The notes: generated by a model not told the origin, from the letters alone. DNA of 64,000 nt from Tubulanus polymorphus (GCF_964204645.1 NC_134025.1:27322299-27386298), one strand, 5' to 3'. Numbered from the stretch's first letter, positions 26,801 to 40,528 are shown. A program made the numbers and translations.

Positions 26801-27781
26801 ACAAGATTGCTAAGATGATGTATGAACTATATCCAACTGGTGAACGACTTTAATCTTCCTATTTCCTACTGACGTAAAAGTTAGGTCAGGATCCGTTCCA
26901 ACAAAAGACTGAATCAGAATCCGATGACGTTGTATTTCCACAGAATTCAGTAAAGAATTTTCAATTGGCTGATGGCTCTTATCGTTATCATTTCAGGTTA
27001 TTTATTAAGATAGAAAATATTACGGTAAGCCTATCTGATATCTGAGGGATCATCATTTTAGCTTCCATTAACAAGTTATAAGCCAAATAAACTTATTGTT
27101 GAAACTTCCAAATATTGACATTGGAAAAAATTTTCTTTTTAATCTAAAAAATTGATATATTTTTGCAGCAAGTTTCTAGTTTGTCTGGGTCTAATAAAAA
27201 AACAAAGAATTCTTTCGGGTAAAACTATAATTGATTTTACAAAACACTGGTTTCTAGACAGGTTAAAATGATATGTCATTTCATTCTTAGAAATGAAAAT
27301 GCATTCTTTTTTTAAAATGCAGGCCTTCTGTGAACTAGCATTATTCATTACTACTAATTATATCAGATCACGTGTATTACATATGAGGAATTGAATAATG
27401 ATTTAATCCCCATTACTTGTGCCTCATCCATGTGATGAAGCTAATTTATAATGATAATTAGGGTTGTTTAAAAAAAGAATATACCTCAAAAAACTAAAGT
27501 ACATTTTAACTTAACAATTAAGTCAAACAAAGAGGGTAGGGCAAAGAGTAGATAGGGAATGTTTGTGAGGGTATGCGTGGTGAAGAGCCAGGATCCATAT
27601 AGTAGCCTAGAGTTGTTGTTGACAGTAAGTGATAAATAGGGTAGGGAATGTCAGTGGATGGATGGATTAGAAAAAGGAACCTACCAGAAAGTGTGTCCGG
27701 TTCTAAGCCAGATTCCACGTCTAATCCGACTGTGACGAAATAATCGGCAAAACGGGTGGCTCCAGAGCTACTCGAACTCAT
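8813..27781 (-). CDS. DENND5: DENN domain-containing protein 5 (Rab6IP1): uDENN-DENN-dDENN, RUN1, PLAT, RUN2; about 20 exons
   Basis: Start [16 protein letters not shown] at 27781. Exons include 27685-27781, 24129-24238, 22230-22761 (LCLPKG...[10 protein letters not shown]), ~19883-20067 ([14 protein letters not shown]), ~18800-19677 ([11 protein letters not shown]), ~16572-16724 ([15 protein letters not shown]1), 12760-13008 ([12 protein letters not shown]), the PLAT exon (RFPCGRWLG) and the last exon ending [11 protein letters not shown] at 8813. Confidence 0.95.
22858..23029. mobile_element. Tc1/mariner/pogo-type MITE in a DENND5 intron
   Basis: TA|CAGTAGA...TCTACTG|TA termini, with further inverted subterminal aaattggta / taccaattt. 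TA flanks are consistent with a TA target-site duplication. Confidence 0.6.
24920..25010. mobile_element. Mini-MITE, Tc1/mariner/pogo-type
   Basis: Inverted termini tacagtggaacct (24920-24932) / aggttccactat (24999-25010) around a ~65 bp AT-rich core. Confidence 0.5.
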
Positions 27782-28170
27782 TGTTAGACTCGTATCTCGA
27801 TCTATGAGTTAATGTCACATCACAAATATTCCTATCCGAGTTATCCGGGATGCTGCGGTATCATCATCATCGGCCATTTCCCCTCAGCTGTTCCAACAAA
27901 TTCAAAAACCCCTCCACGAAACGTCGTACGCCATAATCAACATATATTCGAAATAAGTCGCTGAATCATAGCGATTTTAAAGAACTTATACTATTGTCAG
28001 ATAGATTGTATATCATATAGCTGTGTTGTTAAAAATTTATTGAAATGGCGTGTTTGAAGAAAGTTCATGATTCAGTAAATGAGTTTTAATTTTGACAAGT
28101 GGGTTCGATGCGCATTACCAATTACGCATACCCGGAAGAAAATTAATTCAATGTCAACAGAAAATACGAA
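27782..28170. promoter_or_regulatory. Bidirectional promoter region DENND5/HINT2-like
   Basis: Divergent ATGs only ~390 bp apart. NRF1-like TGCGCAT at 28109 and ETS CCGGAAG at 28132. Confidence 0.7.
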
Positions 28171-29077
<907 letters not shown>

Positions 29078-29368
29078 AAATTATGTTAACAGATACTTCA
29101 ATTTGAAAGGATGGAAAATAAAGATTGATTTGATAGATTTCAGTAAAATTGATGTTTCTCCAGTATCTCATCAAATTTTGTCATATTCCCTTCAGTCAAA
29201 ATAGGACAAGATAAACTACTCTTTATGAAGTCATAAAATCATATATATTTCACAATTACGCATCAACGATGTACAGATGAAGACGATTTCTAAATCAGCA
29301 TTGACTCGATTCCGAAAAGCTGATATAAAGTCTTTAAAATGCATTTCATACAACATTCATAGTCATTG

Positions 29369-32300
29369 TTATCGGGAAAACTGTCGATTTTTCTTAGCGG
29401 TTCCAACTTGTTTATAGATTTTGGTCTTTTGCGCGGTCTTCTGCTTGTTGTAACCATATCCTCCCGGTTTTCCTCCTCTTTTTGAAACCTTCTTTCCATC
29501 TTTACTAGAATGCACATCTTTTTTATTGGTCAAGGATTATAAACTAATACCGACACCGGTACTTAGCAGGGTTACAAGTTAGCCGTCACCGAGTTTCTAT
29601 CCGGTCAATACTATGAGTTATCTCGTAAACAATACAGCTATTGCATGGTCAGATATTGTTCATAAGAAAATGAAACAATTTGACGACATTGCCAGCCAAT
29701 CAGGAGCTGTATCATTCCATATCAGTGAATAAGTAGGATCAGCTCTGAGATAACTCATAGCGGCAATGATGATGGTGGAACCGGAACTAAAGGTATCATC
29801 TCGTGGTTGGCAGTGAACAATATCATTAGTTTTTGTATTATTTCTATTTTTAAAAGGATACTCAAATCTACAAATGGCGCGATCTTGAATCCGAATGATA
29901 ACGCCACTTTAGTTAGATCCAGATTATTTGCATCGTAGATTGATTTGAGAGCGTGTGATGCGTAAGCGCGAACGTAACCTTTATATGCCTCCTGCGCTGA
30001 TTTATGAAGGAAATAATTTCTTTCAATTAACTTCTCTAACTGTAAACAGAAAGTAATCATGAGTTAGGGTTAAAATCTAGCTCAGTAAATGGAGACTGTA
30101 TCTCTTAAGTTACGTACCTGAGGTTGTATATTAGATATCTTATTCCACGAGAACTGGAATTCACTGAGTGGTACTTTAGCATGTTTAAGATAGCGCAAGA
30201 ATCCTAATTCCTCTGGACGCAGTATAAGAAGGGCGTGTCCGATACCCCCTTCACCTCGAGCGGTACGACCAACTCTGTGGATATATTCCTGGAAATAAAC
30301 CACATCTTCAGAATGGAGAATTTCTCAATTTTTTTTTTTGGAGGTGCAAAATATGATTTACAGAATCAAATACCTTTGGATCATCAGGAGGATCATACTG
30401 AACAATCCAATCAACTCTCGGGATATCCAAACCTCTCGCTGCCACATCAGTACACAATAGGATTGATTCTTTTGCATTACAGAACTGGAAGAAAGTCTGC
30501 GTACGTTTGGTTTGTTTTTGTTTGCCCTGAAATGAATCAAATTCATCCGATGATTTAGAGCAAAACTAAAGATAATTTTCAACTGATCATTTTTTACTGA
30601 TACGTAAAGATTTAAAGTAATAAAAGTAGTTAGAAGTGGTTAAGATTTTTTTCTACTTACATGAATACAATGCACTGGCAGATCAATATAGTTGAGTAGT
30701 TCATTGTGATATTTGACGGACATACACGAACTGAAGAAAACCATCACTTTCTTCTTGCGATTCTTTTTCAAAAATGTGAATAACAACATAAATCGCTTTT
30801 CAATCGGACACACAACATAGCCCTGCAATCAAAACAAACAACATAAGAGCCATGTGCAATATAGCTTTGTAAGCATTTTATAATAAAAACTATGATAGTA
30901 CCTGTTCTAAGCCATCAACGGTAGCTTGATCACGTTTATCGTCGACTCCGATGTATAAAGGCTCTTTTTTTAGAGAAATTCGCGCCAGATCTTCAGTTTT
31001 TCGAGTTTGAGTCGCAGAAAACAACATGGTCTGCCGCCGTTCTGAAATATTTGAATAGTTAATCAAATAGTAGTCAACTTCTAGCACTAAAATATAATAA
31101 ACATATGATAACTTACTCGGCAGCAGTTTCATAATCTGTTTCATCTCCTCTTCAAATCCGATGTCGAGAATCCGGTCCGCTTCATCAATGATAAGACATT
31201 GTAGATTTTTGTACATAAACTCTGAAGTGTTCTACGGATATAAACCAAACAGCATTCTTATTTCTAAAGCTCTTTTAAGCGTATTGTTGAATTACTTAAT
31301 TCGAGTCTCAATTACAAACCTGAAGATGATCTAAAAGTCGACCAGGTGTAGCAACTATAATGTTAATTCCTTTCGCTAGTTTTTTTGCCTCTTCTTGTCT
31401 GTTCGTTCCTCCCATTATAAGTCCGTACGTGTGGCAATGATGCTTCAATACTTCCTTTAAAACGCCGAATGTCTGCATAGATAACTCACGTGTAGGAGAT
31501 ATGATAATGCACCCCGTTCCGTTGCGAGGCATGAAGCGTAATTTAAACATCAATTCAACAGCGGGAATGAGAAAAGCCAAGGTTTTACCACTACCAGTTC
31601 GGGCAGCAGCTAACAAATCCCTGAAATAAAAGTCGGAGACAAAATAATATAAAACCCTCGCTCTTGATGACCTTTTCACAAAATAATTGTCTTTCGATTC
31701 AACCCGTGTATTTTCTTTTGAATCCCATTGTTTATGGTGAATTACTATCGTTCGTACCTTCCTTCTAATAGATGTGGTATCGTTTTCGACTGGATTTCTG
31801 TCATATGAGTGAAACCCATATCATTAATTCCTTTCAGAGTTGCATCACAAACAACACCTTCCAATGATTTAAACGATGTATCGCTAATGATAGTGCTACT
31901 ACCCGGTACTGTAAATAAAACAATAAATTCAATAACAGAAACCGATAAATAAACAGCACTATTACTGCATTGAATTACAACTAAAGAAAGCTTACATTGA
32001 CTATCTGAATCTTTAGTTCCATTTTCCACTTTCTCCTCTTCACCATCCTCACATTCATCATCGTCATCTTCTTCATCCTCCCCATCACTCTCATCTACAT
32101 CATCATCCTCCTGGATATCATTTTCTACATTCTCTGCTTCAGCCTCTTCATCACTCCCTTCTTCATCTTCCTCACCACTATCCTCTTCATCTTCATCAGA
32201 CAAATCGCCCTCATTTTCTTCTTCATCATCACTAACATCATCAACCTCTTCCATAAGTATATCTTCATAACCTGAACTATCATCGCTATCAAACTCTTCA

Positions 32301-32887
32301 TCATCATCATCATCATCATCTTCACTTTCATCTTCTACAACTTTTGGAATTTTGGCAGCAGCCGGAACTAATGGAAAAACAAAACCATCAAATTTAAGTT
32401 CAAATATAAATTCATTTGATTTTTAAGAATGGATGTTTAATACCTTCAATAGTCTCTTCTTCTCTTTTTCTTTTCTTCTTTGTGAGAACAACTGCATTTT
32501 TCCCATTTGCTTTGCCTTTGACTTTGTTGTTATTGATTGGTTTTTCAGATGTCATTTTCTTTTGTTGATGGTTCGAATTTTTTGATGACGTAGTTTTCGC
32601 CATGATCTGTTGCTTCTTCTTAGAAAGCTGAATATCAGGCTGAACAACGGCTATACCTAAATATAATCACTTCTATTTTAAGCCAATTTATTACTAAAAT
32701 TAAATTTAATTGAATTTACCGAAAAATCTGGGTCTACTTCTGCCTCTGATGATTACTTCAAGGGAATACAAATCAAAACTAATCAGATACTATGACAATT
32801 GCGGTAATCTATAACTGACATCAACTTACCATCATCACCATCCGTGGTATTTTTCTTTTTCTGTGCTTTTTTCGAATGTTTACCCAT
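29369..32887 (-). CDS. DDX18: ATP-dependent RNA helicase DDX18/Has1
   Basis: Start [12 protein letters not shown] at 32887, then basic and acidic N-terminal tracts. Motifs [45 protein letters not shown]. Last exon NVHSS...NRQFSR* ends at 29369. Confidence 0.96.
29518..29861 (-). other. U12-type (minor spliceosome) GT-AG intron, last intron of DDX18
   Basis: 5' splice site GTATCCTTTT at 29861-29852. Branch site TCCTTGAC at 29536-29529, with the branch A ~12 nt from the terminal AG. No polypyrimidine tract. The join restores FVDL-N-VH. Confidence 0.92.
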
Positions 32888-33100
32888 GCTTTTACTCTTA
32901 TACTTCCGGGTTCTAGTGCGCCATGCGTAGTATTCTGTAGAATATGCAGCGCCGCTTGTGTCTGATGCGGACATTTTTCCCATCCGGCTGATGTTTACCA
33001 GCTCGAGAAGCGGCAAACCCGGAAGTAAATATAGATTTTATTACTCATCGCTTCAGTTTTTATTTTGTAAGTGGAAAATAGTGGAATTTTGTTTTAGACT
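32888..33100. promoter_or_regulatory. Bidirectional promoter DDX18/cortactin with opposed ETS motifs
   Basis: CpG-rich patch with ACTTCCGG (32902-32909) and CCGGAAGT (33019-33026) between divergent genes. Confidence 0.65.
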
Positions 33101-33509
33101 CATGCGTACACTTTCTGATTACAATCGTCTATCGTTATCCCGGTCTGTGATAAGTTCAAGTGGTTTCATTTCAAAACGAACCCTTAATTGCGTCTTTATC
33201 GATTTACTTTTTAATTCAATCCAATTCAATTCGTTTATTGATACGTCACACCCCATCCGTATACTATACCAGTTAACGATGCTAACGTAAAAACTTCTTG
33301 AACGCAAACCTTACAAAGGTTATCTTACAAGTTTATCCTGGGCCTACATAAGTTCAAATTTTATTGTCAAATGATATTGTTAATTTATTAATTGCTTACC
33401 AAATGTTAGTTTTAAAAAGTGGGTAAATACAGTTATTGCATACTACATTTTAAAGTTGCGGTATTTATTTCAGAATCCCACCAATACTTGAAAAAGAAAA
33501 ATAAAGGAA

Positions 33510-36500
33510 ATGTGGAAGTCACAAGCTGCAGCAAATATAAACAGATCAGTTGCTGATGATGATGATGATTGGGAAACTGACCCTGACTTTGTAGTGAGTA
33601 ATGATACTTAAATTATGTTCAGACACATCTTATGTATGGAATCCAACACCCCAGCTCAGAAAGCCATCGAATTTTCCCATTGTTGGAAGCTCCAAAAGTA
33701 CCAGGCTCACTCTGGACGCCACTCCTCCGACCTACCCAGGTCAATTAAAGATGATGCATCACCTGTCTTCAGGTGTATGGTGCAGTATGCTCAGAGACTG
33801 ATTGCTTGCTCAGGATGCCTAGCTAATGTAGAAGCAGAACCAATGGTGATGATGGTGACTCAGAGATGCCCAGATCGACTGCTTAGGTTTTTTTCCCTTA
33901 TTTCATCCCAAATATGATAAGATTATTTTCATCCCTGACAGAATGATGTATCTGAAGAAGAACAAAGATGGGGAGCTAAAACGGTGGAAGGATCAGGAAA
34001 GGTTGAATCTTTCAAGTAAGTACTGTCAATTATATCCTTTTACTTTCTTGGCCCACTGCGGTTCGCTTGAATGACCTGAACTTGAATTTATTGTCTACAA
34101 AATGTTGAACTTATTAACGGTCTTATATTCGTTTCAGTATTTCTGAGTTGAGGCAGAATGTTGTTAAGGATCATGCAAATATGAAGCAGAAAGAACTTGA
34201 ATCTGGGCCGAAAGCATCGTATGGATACGGTGGCCAGTTTGGTGTGCAACAGGATCGAATGGATAAGGTAATAAAGAGATCATTTATTGTAATATGTATA
34301 TCACGGATAACATATTTTGTATAGCAAAGCATGATTTACTGTAGTTATTGAGATACGTATGTTTGTTTCTGTATAGAGTGCTGTTGGTCATGATCACGTA
34401 GAAAAGCTTTCCAAACATGCGAGTCAAACTGATGCAGCCAAAGGGTTTGGTGGTAAATACGGTGTGCAACAAGACCGCAAAGATAAGGTAAAACAATTTT
34501 CTAAATTCAATTTTTTAAGCATGTTTTTTTAACACTCTTCTTAAACGTGATAAAACTTGTGATATGTTATTATACAAATTCAAAAACCTCAAAATGAAGA
34601 AACAGCCTCGATCTTTTCATTTTAATGGTGTTTTCCCTTTGTGAGTTTTTGAAGGTGAACCGATGAACACTTTGTGGAATTCTACTAAAAATTTTAGTAT
34701 ATGTTTGATGCAGCACTATGCATGGATTTTGAGTTGGTGTATTTGACAGTAAGCTTTCTTGTGTTTAACTGTGTTTTTGTGTTGTCCAATGTTAGGTGGC
34801 AGTTGGATATGAATATACTGGAAAAACAGAAAAGCATGCTTCCCAGAAAGGTAATAGAAAACCTCTGATTCCTTGTCAGTTATCAGGGAGTACAAAAACC
34901 GGCCAACAAAAACATTGGAATCATTTTTGGTTGATGTAGGTCCAGCTTGATTGTAATACTTCCACACATTTCTACCCCGCATGATATTGGATTACCAAAG
35001 TTGTTCACTACTACTTCAATCTTAGTTGAATATTTTATGTAGTTTGTCGTGAATGTTCATTGGCTTTTAACTTCAGATTATTCGACTGGGTTTGGTGGAA
35101 AATACGGTGTTAGTAAAGACCGGGTCGATAAGGTATAATTATATTCATAAATAAGTTAAAAATTACTTAACTTACATTCCCCAAACTATATCTAGATGTT
35201 GAAAGTCTGTTTTACCCAGTTCTAAAATTCTGGAATATCATTTCAGTCTGCAGTCGGTTGGGATTATGAAGGGAAAACTGACAAACATGAGTCACAAAAA
35301 GGTAATTATTTTCCCTCCAGTAAAAATTACCCATAGAACCTCAATGAGAGAGTGAGGATAAGTGTTTTGTACTTTGGTATCATATATTCTCACTCGGTGG
35401 TTGGAAGAACATATGGCATGCAGAGTTTGCAGTTCATGGCCATTTGTAATGATTTGAAATAATATATAATATTTCAGACTATTCAAAGGGTTTTGGTGGT
35501 AAATACGGTGTCCAGACAGACAGACAAGACAAATCAGCTGTCGGCTGGGGAAATGTTGATCAACTTCAAAAGCATGAATCACAGACAGGTCTTTTATCGT
35601 TTTAACTGTTGTGCTTATATTAGTTCAATAGTATCAACGTATAAACATATACATACTGTAGCTATAGCATACTGGTATAACAGTCTAAGTCTGATGACTT
35701 TTTACAAAACTCTTGGTACAACAACAGTATTTGATTATTGGAACTGTTAGTTCAATTCTCATTAATAATGATGGAAATATTGGTCTGATGGTATTGATTG
35801 CAGGTTGACTGTATAGCTCCCTGTAGTATGTACCAGTATGTCTATGTTTCCAGTATTTCATTTTCGTTCATTAATTTGAACCATTATTATTGACCGTGGA
35901 AATGGGTTTAATTTTGGTTTGATTTATTTTCTTGGTCATTTTTCCAAGTTCGATGTTGCGTTTATACTCCTATATCTATCACTAACATGATTTTTTGCAG
36001 CTCGTTATGCTTTTGAATTTGAAACCTTTTTTTATTTCAGCTTTTAGAATAGCTTAGAATATTTGCTTTTTACACATTCCCAGTATTCAACACTCAATTT
36101 TGTTGAATATTATATACATAATGTACCTAGGCTTTTACAATGATTTGCTTTATGTCAATCAATAAATCTGGAATGAAACATGTATGTTTTTCTGTAACAA
36201 TCTTTTCTTGGTTGTAGATTATGCCAAAGGTTTTGGAGGAAAGTATGGAGTACAGACTAATGCACAGGACAAATCAGCAGTTGGATGGGATCATGTTGAA
36301 AAGACTGAAATGCATGCATCGCAAATGGGTAGTTATTTATCTAAATCTTTTTTTATGAGTGTTATTTCTGATTTGGCAGGATTAAGAAACAGAGAAAATC
36401 TTCTGTTTGAATCGGAATGTGATAGTACAAATTCTCCCTACATGATTACTGCATGTACTATATGGTAGATATTCTATGGAATATTTTTCAGATCATTCAA

Positions 36501-38280
36501 AAGGATTTGGTGGTAAATTTGGAGTGCAGAAAGACAGACAAGATGCCTCGGCACTTGGGTATGAGCACCAAGAAAAGCTCGAGCAACATGCCTCACAAAA
36601 AGGTAATCAATTCGTTGACTGGATGAATGATAATTAAAGATGTTAAGGGTATTTTCTTAGAAGGACCTTTTGAATGAGAAAATGGATCGTTTTATTTTAC
36701 AGATCATTCAAAAGGATTTGGTGGTAAATATGGTGTACAGAAAGACAGACAGGACGCATCGGCACTTGGGTATGAACACCAGGAAAAACTTGAGCAACAT
36801 GGCTCACAAAAAGGTATTTGATGTAATGCAAATATAGTTCTAATCCAGTTTACTTCTCATTATGTCAGAAATAAAAGTTTTAATTAATTCTGTAGATTAC
36901 TCCGCTGGTTTCGGAGGTAAATATGGTGTACAAACTGACAGACAGGATGCGTCTGCTAAAGACTTTACAGAAAGTAGCAAAACAGAACTTCATCCATCAC
37001 AAACTGATATGAGTAAGGGATTTGGTGGAAAGTTCGGAGTAGAATCTGACAAAGTTGATAAGGTAGGACGATAGTTTGATTTATTATGTAAGATATTTCA
37101 TGGTACTGAAATCCGTTCTATGGATATTTCGATCAGAAAGAGACTATGAAAGTGATAAAATAATTTGTTATTATAGGCTGCACATTCGTATGATGAAATG
37201 AAGGGACCTCAGTCTCAGTCTTCCTATGAAAAACCCGCTGTAGCGCGAGGTGATATATAAAATCTACAGTATTCATACTTTTTTATTTCTGGATGAGCAT
37301 TACCTTAATTCAAATTCAATTCATCCTGAATTTCCAGGTTCAGGTGCCAGCAACTTACGTGCTCGGTTTGAAAACCTTGCTAAAAATACAGAAGAAGAGT
37401 CAAAGAAACGAGCAGAAGAAGAAAGACGCCGCCGTAAAGAGAAAGAGGAACAAGAAAAAGAGGAATGGAAGAAAGTAGAAGAAGTAAGAATATCTTAAAA
37501 TTTAATGAAATTAAGTATGAGATTCATGATTTCACTTCAATATTCCATGCATTCAGGCTAGACAAGCGAAACTCGCTGAACTCGATGCCATGCGACCTCC
37601 AACACCTGAAGAAGAGGAACAAGTTGAAAACATTGAAGAGGAGGAAGAGGAGAAACAAGAAGAAAAAAGACGATCATTACCCGGGTTCCGTCTTCCAGGC
37701 ATGCAACCTCCAGAGCCTGAACCAGTTTACACACAACAGCAGCAACAGGACGACGTAGATATCGATCAAGCATCAAATCTGGTCGAAACAACTGATCATC
37801 CTTTAGATGATAACCCACTTACACAAACCGGACTGACTGCTGTTGCCTTGTATGATTATCAAGCTGGTAAGTACTTGTCAAGTTGATTGAAACTGACTTA
37901 CAATAGTATGTAAATCGATATTTTATTAGTTTCAATGTTTTCATATTCTATAGCTGATGATGATGAGTTGAGTTTTGACCCCGGTGATGTCATTACTGAT
38001 ATCGAACAGGTATATACATAAGTAGATGATTCAATATTTCAAATCATTTTGGGCCTCAGTTCTTGCATTTTGCAATTTGAATTGTCATAAAAGCCAGTCC
38101 ACTATTAGACGAAAAATTCAAACATGTTACAATCTTCCACAAAAAATGTCACCTTACTTGGTGTCTAAGTGAATATTATCATTATCAACTTTATTATTTC
38201 AGATTGATGAAGGATGGTGGCGAGGACAGTTTAATGGAGCTTTTGGTTTATTTCCGGCCAACTATGTCGAGTTAAATTAA
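33510..38280 (+). CDS. CTTN: Cortactin (src substrate): NTA with DDW motif, about 9 cortactin repeats, coiled coil, C-terminal SH3
   Basis: Start MWKSQ...[13 protein letters not shown]. Repeated GFGGK(Y/F)GVQxDRxD units on separate exons. [12 protein letters not shown] helix. SH3 AVALYDYQA...DEGWWRG...[11 protein letters not shown] ends at 38280. Confidence 0.96.
33612..33800 (+). mobile_element. Decayed 3' fragment of a non-LTR retrotransposon ORF (RTE-like C-terminus) in a cortactin intron
   Basis: Translation [20 protein letters not shown]...[21 protein letters not shown] resembles the GH(I/V)LRM...PAxKA...GR...L...I..D C-terminal signature of RTE-type LINE ORFs. The region is GC-richer than neighbouring introns. 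Confidence 0.55.
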
Positions 38281-38628
38281 GACTTTCAACGACTCCCCCT
38301 CTTTGTTACCATTCCAAATATTTATTAACACTGATGAGGGATTTTTTGTTCTTTGATTATTCCCCTATTAATTTGAAAAATTTTAAGCCATTTTTCGTAA
38401 TCACTATTCCAATTTGTGTGGTATATGTAATAATTTCTAGTTATAGTCAAATGTGACGTGTAAAACTTGCAGATCAGATATTTGTTTACTTTACATAACA
38501 TGTGCATTATTTGCACATATAACTAGCATTGCAATGGTGCATTGCTTAACCAAGGGCTAATTCTAGTGAAGGATCATGTTCTGTGTAAATAGTGCAGAGA
38601 ATTTGCTATATGTTGCAAATAATGACTA

Positions 38629-38817
38629 GAATGTCCATCCCACAATCAAGGGAGAAAAGTTTAGAACTGGTAAGAACTTTTTTTAAATCTCTGAATTTCG
38701 TTCATCTAAATATTCCATTCCTTGAAAATAGTTATTAGAAGGACCGCAAATTAGGACATTTTGAAAGCATTCTCTTCAGTTATAAACTTTTCTCCCTTTA
38801 TCGTTGGTTGGATATTC
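38629..38817 (+). repeat. Imperfect inverted repeat (about 41-bp arms) in the cortactin 3' UTR
   Basis: aagggagaaaagtttagaactg (38648-38669) matches the reverse complement of 38777-38798 at 21/22 positions. Pairing extends imperfectly out to 38629/38817. Confidence 0.85.
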
Positions 38818-39723
38818 ATGTTTGTGAATAATTTTATTTCATTCATATTATGATCATGAACTTAAAAGCATATTATGAAACCAGACCCTTAGTCGGTATT
38901 TGTTTGAATCACAGTTTATACTGATGTCTGGCTAGGTTTTACATTATTTCAAGGAATCTTTATTAAACATATTAAGGTCAACATATTTGAGAGATAACAT
39001 GTTAAATATTTATTTATTCTTCAAGGTGTTTCATTTTTTGTCTAAATTTGGTGCTAATGATTATTATTATTTGTTTATATATTACAATAGTGAGTATTAC
39101 GTATGGTATATACCGCTGTATTAAAGAAGCATAGCAAGGTCTTTAAAAACGAAGTTGAATGTATGTAGATGTAAGTACAATGCTATAAATATAATTCATC
39201 AACATATGGCTTCATAGGTAATAATTTCATGACATACTGGTATATTAATCTACTTTTTGTTCCATTGAACCGGAGTGGCACTACAATGTTCAATCAGCTA
39301 AGTAGGGTCTCAAAAACTCATAAACACTACCATAGTTCTTAAGAGTACTCAAAGCATTGTCGTAATGAGTTTTTAGTGTAATCGTGTATTATATATTACA
39401 CATGTAGTTGATGCGTGCAGACAACACATCTAATCATATGGATATTTTTGTATCTTTAAAAAATTGTAGATTCATTGTATGAAAAATGGAATAAAGCTCA
39501 CCATTTATCAACATTATGTCTGGCTTAAAATGAATTTTACCTTAATGCTTTCTGGAATCGGCTTACCGGAAAGGAGTTCACCGAGGATTTTAGGTCACTG
39601 CCATTTCTCACAATGCCTGGTATTTTTGATGTGACACATATTGTTCTATATACCGGCATATATTGTTCATAATGATTAACAAGCCATATTAATGAAATAG
39701 GCTACACTCGAATGCTTATAACT

Positions 39724-39783
39724 ATCCGACTATTAGACCAAACAAGACTTGGGATCCGACTATTAGACCAAACAGGACTTGGG
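39724..39783. repeat. 30-bp tandem duplication
   Basis: atccgactattagaccaaaca(a/g)gacttggg twice, one mismatch. Confidence 0.9.
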
Positions 39784-40528
39784 TTGGGTTCCAAGGTGAA
39801 TACGAATTCCTTTAAAATAATGCCGCTAGTCACTGAAACTGCACAGCTTTGTTATCCACCAGACAGTGACCTAAAGTACAGGTTAAGACGAAAATAGAAT
39901 ATTGAGACAAACGAAAATTTAACAATATGGACACTTTTATTAATCTATCAAGTACTTATGTTTGCACATGTAATATACATATATCTTAGTATAATCTAAC
40001 ATAAGCACACTTATCTGTTTTTTATGAATGTAGCACATAAATAAGATCACTGCTAAATATCTAGACGGGTTTTCGTGACATCTAAAATAACTATCAATTT
40101 ACTTTTTCGAACTATTACTACGAGGTGGGAAGTTATCTGTGGCTTCCTCGTATCAAACATGTCTCCGATTATTCTCACCGGTCAGAAAACTTGCTCGAAA
40201 ACCTACGATTAACGCTAATTTTTAAGTTTAATGTAACAAATCATTTAACAACAAAGAGAAATACTTATTCACAATCGCAATCTAGTCAATTTTTCGATGT
40301 CTATAAGAAGTACACATTTAACGTTATCACTTCCAATTGCAAACTACATGTATATTCGAAACTGAAGCAAGATTCGAACGCAGGAAGAATGTATCGGCTT
40401 CATTATCTATTTTCAAACTGATAAAAAAAATGTCAGTTCAAAATGTACACGAAGGATGCGACAACACCGATAAACGAAGAGTTTGGACTGTAATTCGTAA
40501 ATTTGTATTCGAGTTAAAATAATCGCGT

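Noticed and set aside
32020-32340. TCA/TCC-rich low-complexity tract and poly-Met ORF (32125-32331)
   Set aside because: It is the Asp/Glu-rich N-terminal coding region of DDX18 read in another frame.
34200-37065. Regularly spaced ggtggtaaata(c/t)gg repeats as a CRISPR-like array
   Set aside because: They are coding cortactin-repeat exons separated by introns in a eukaryotic gene; no cas genes are present.
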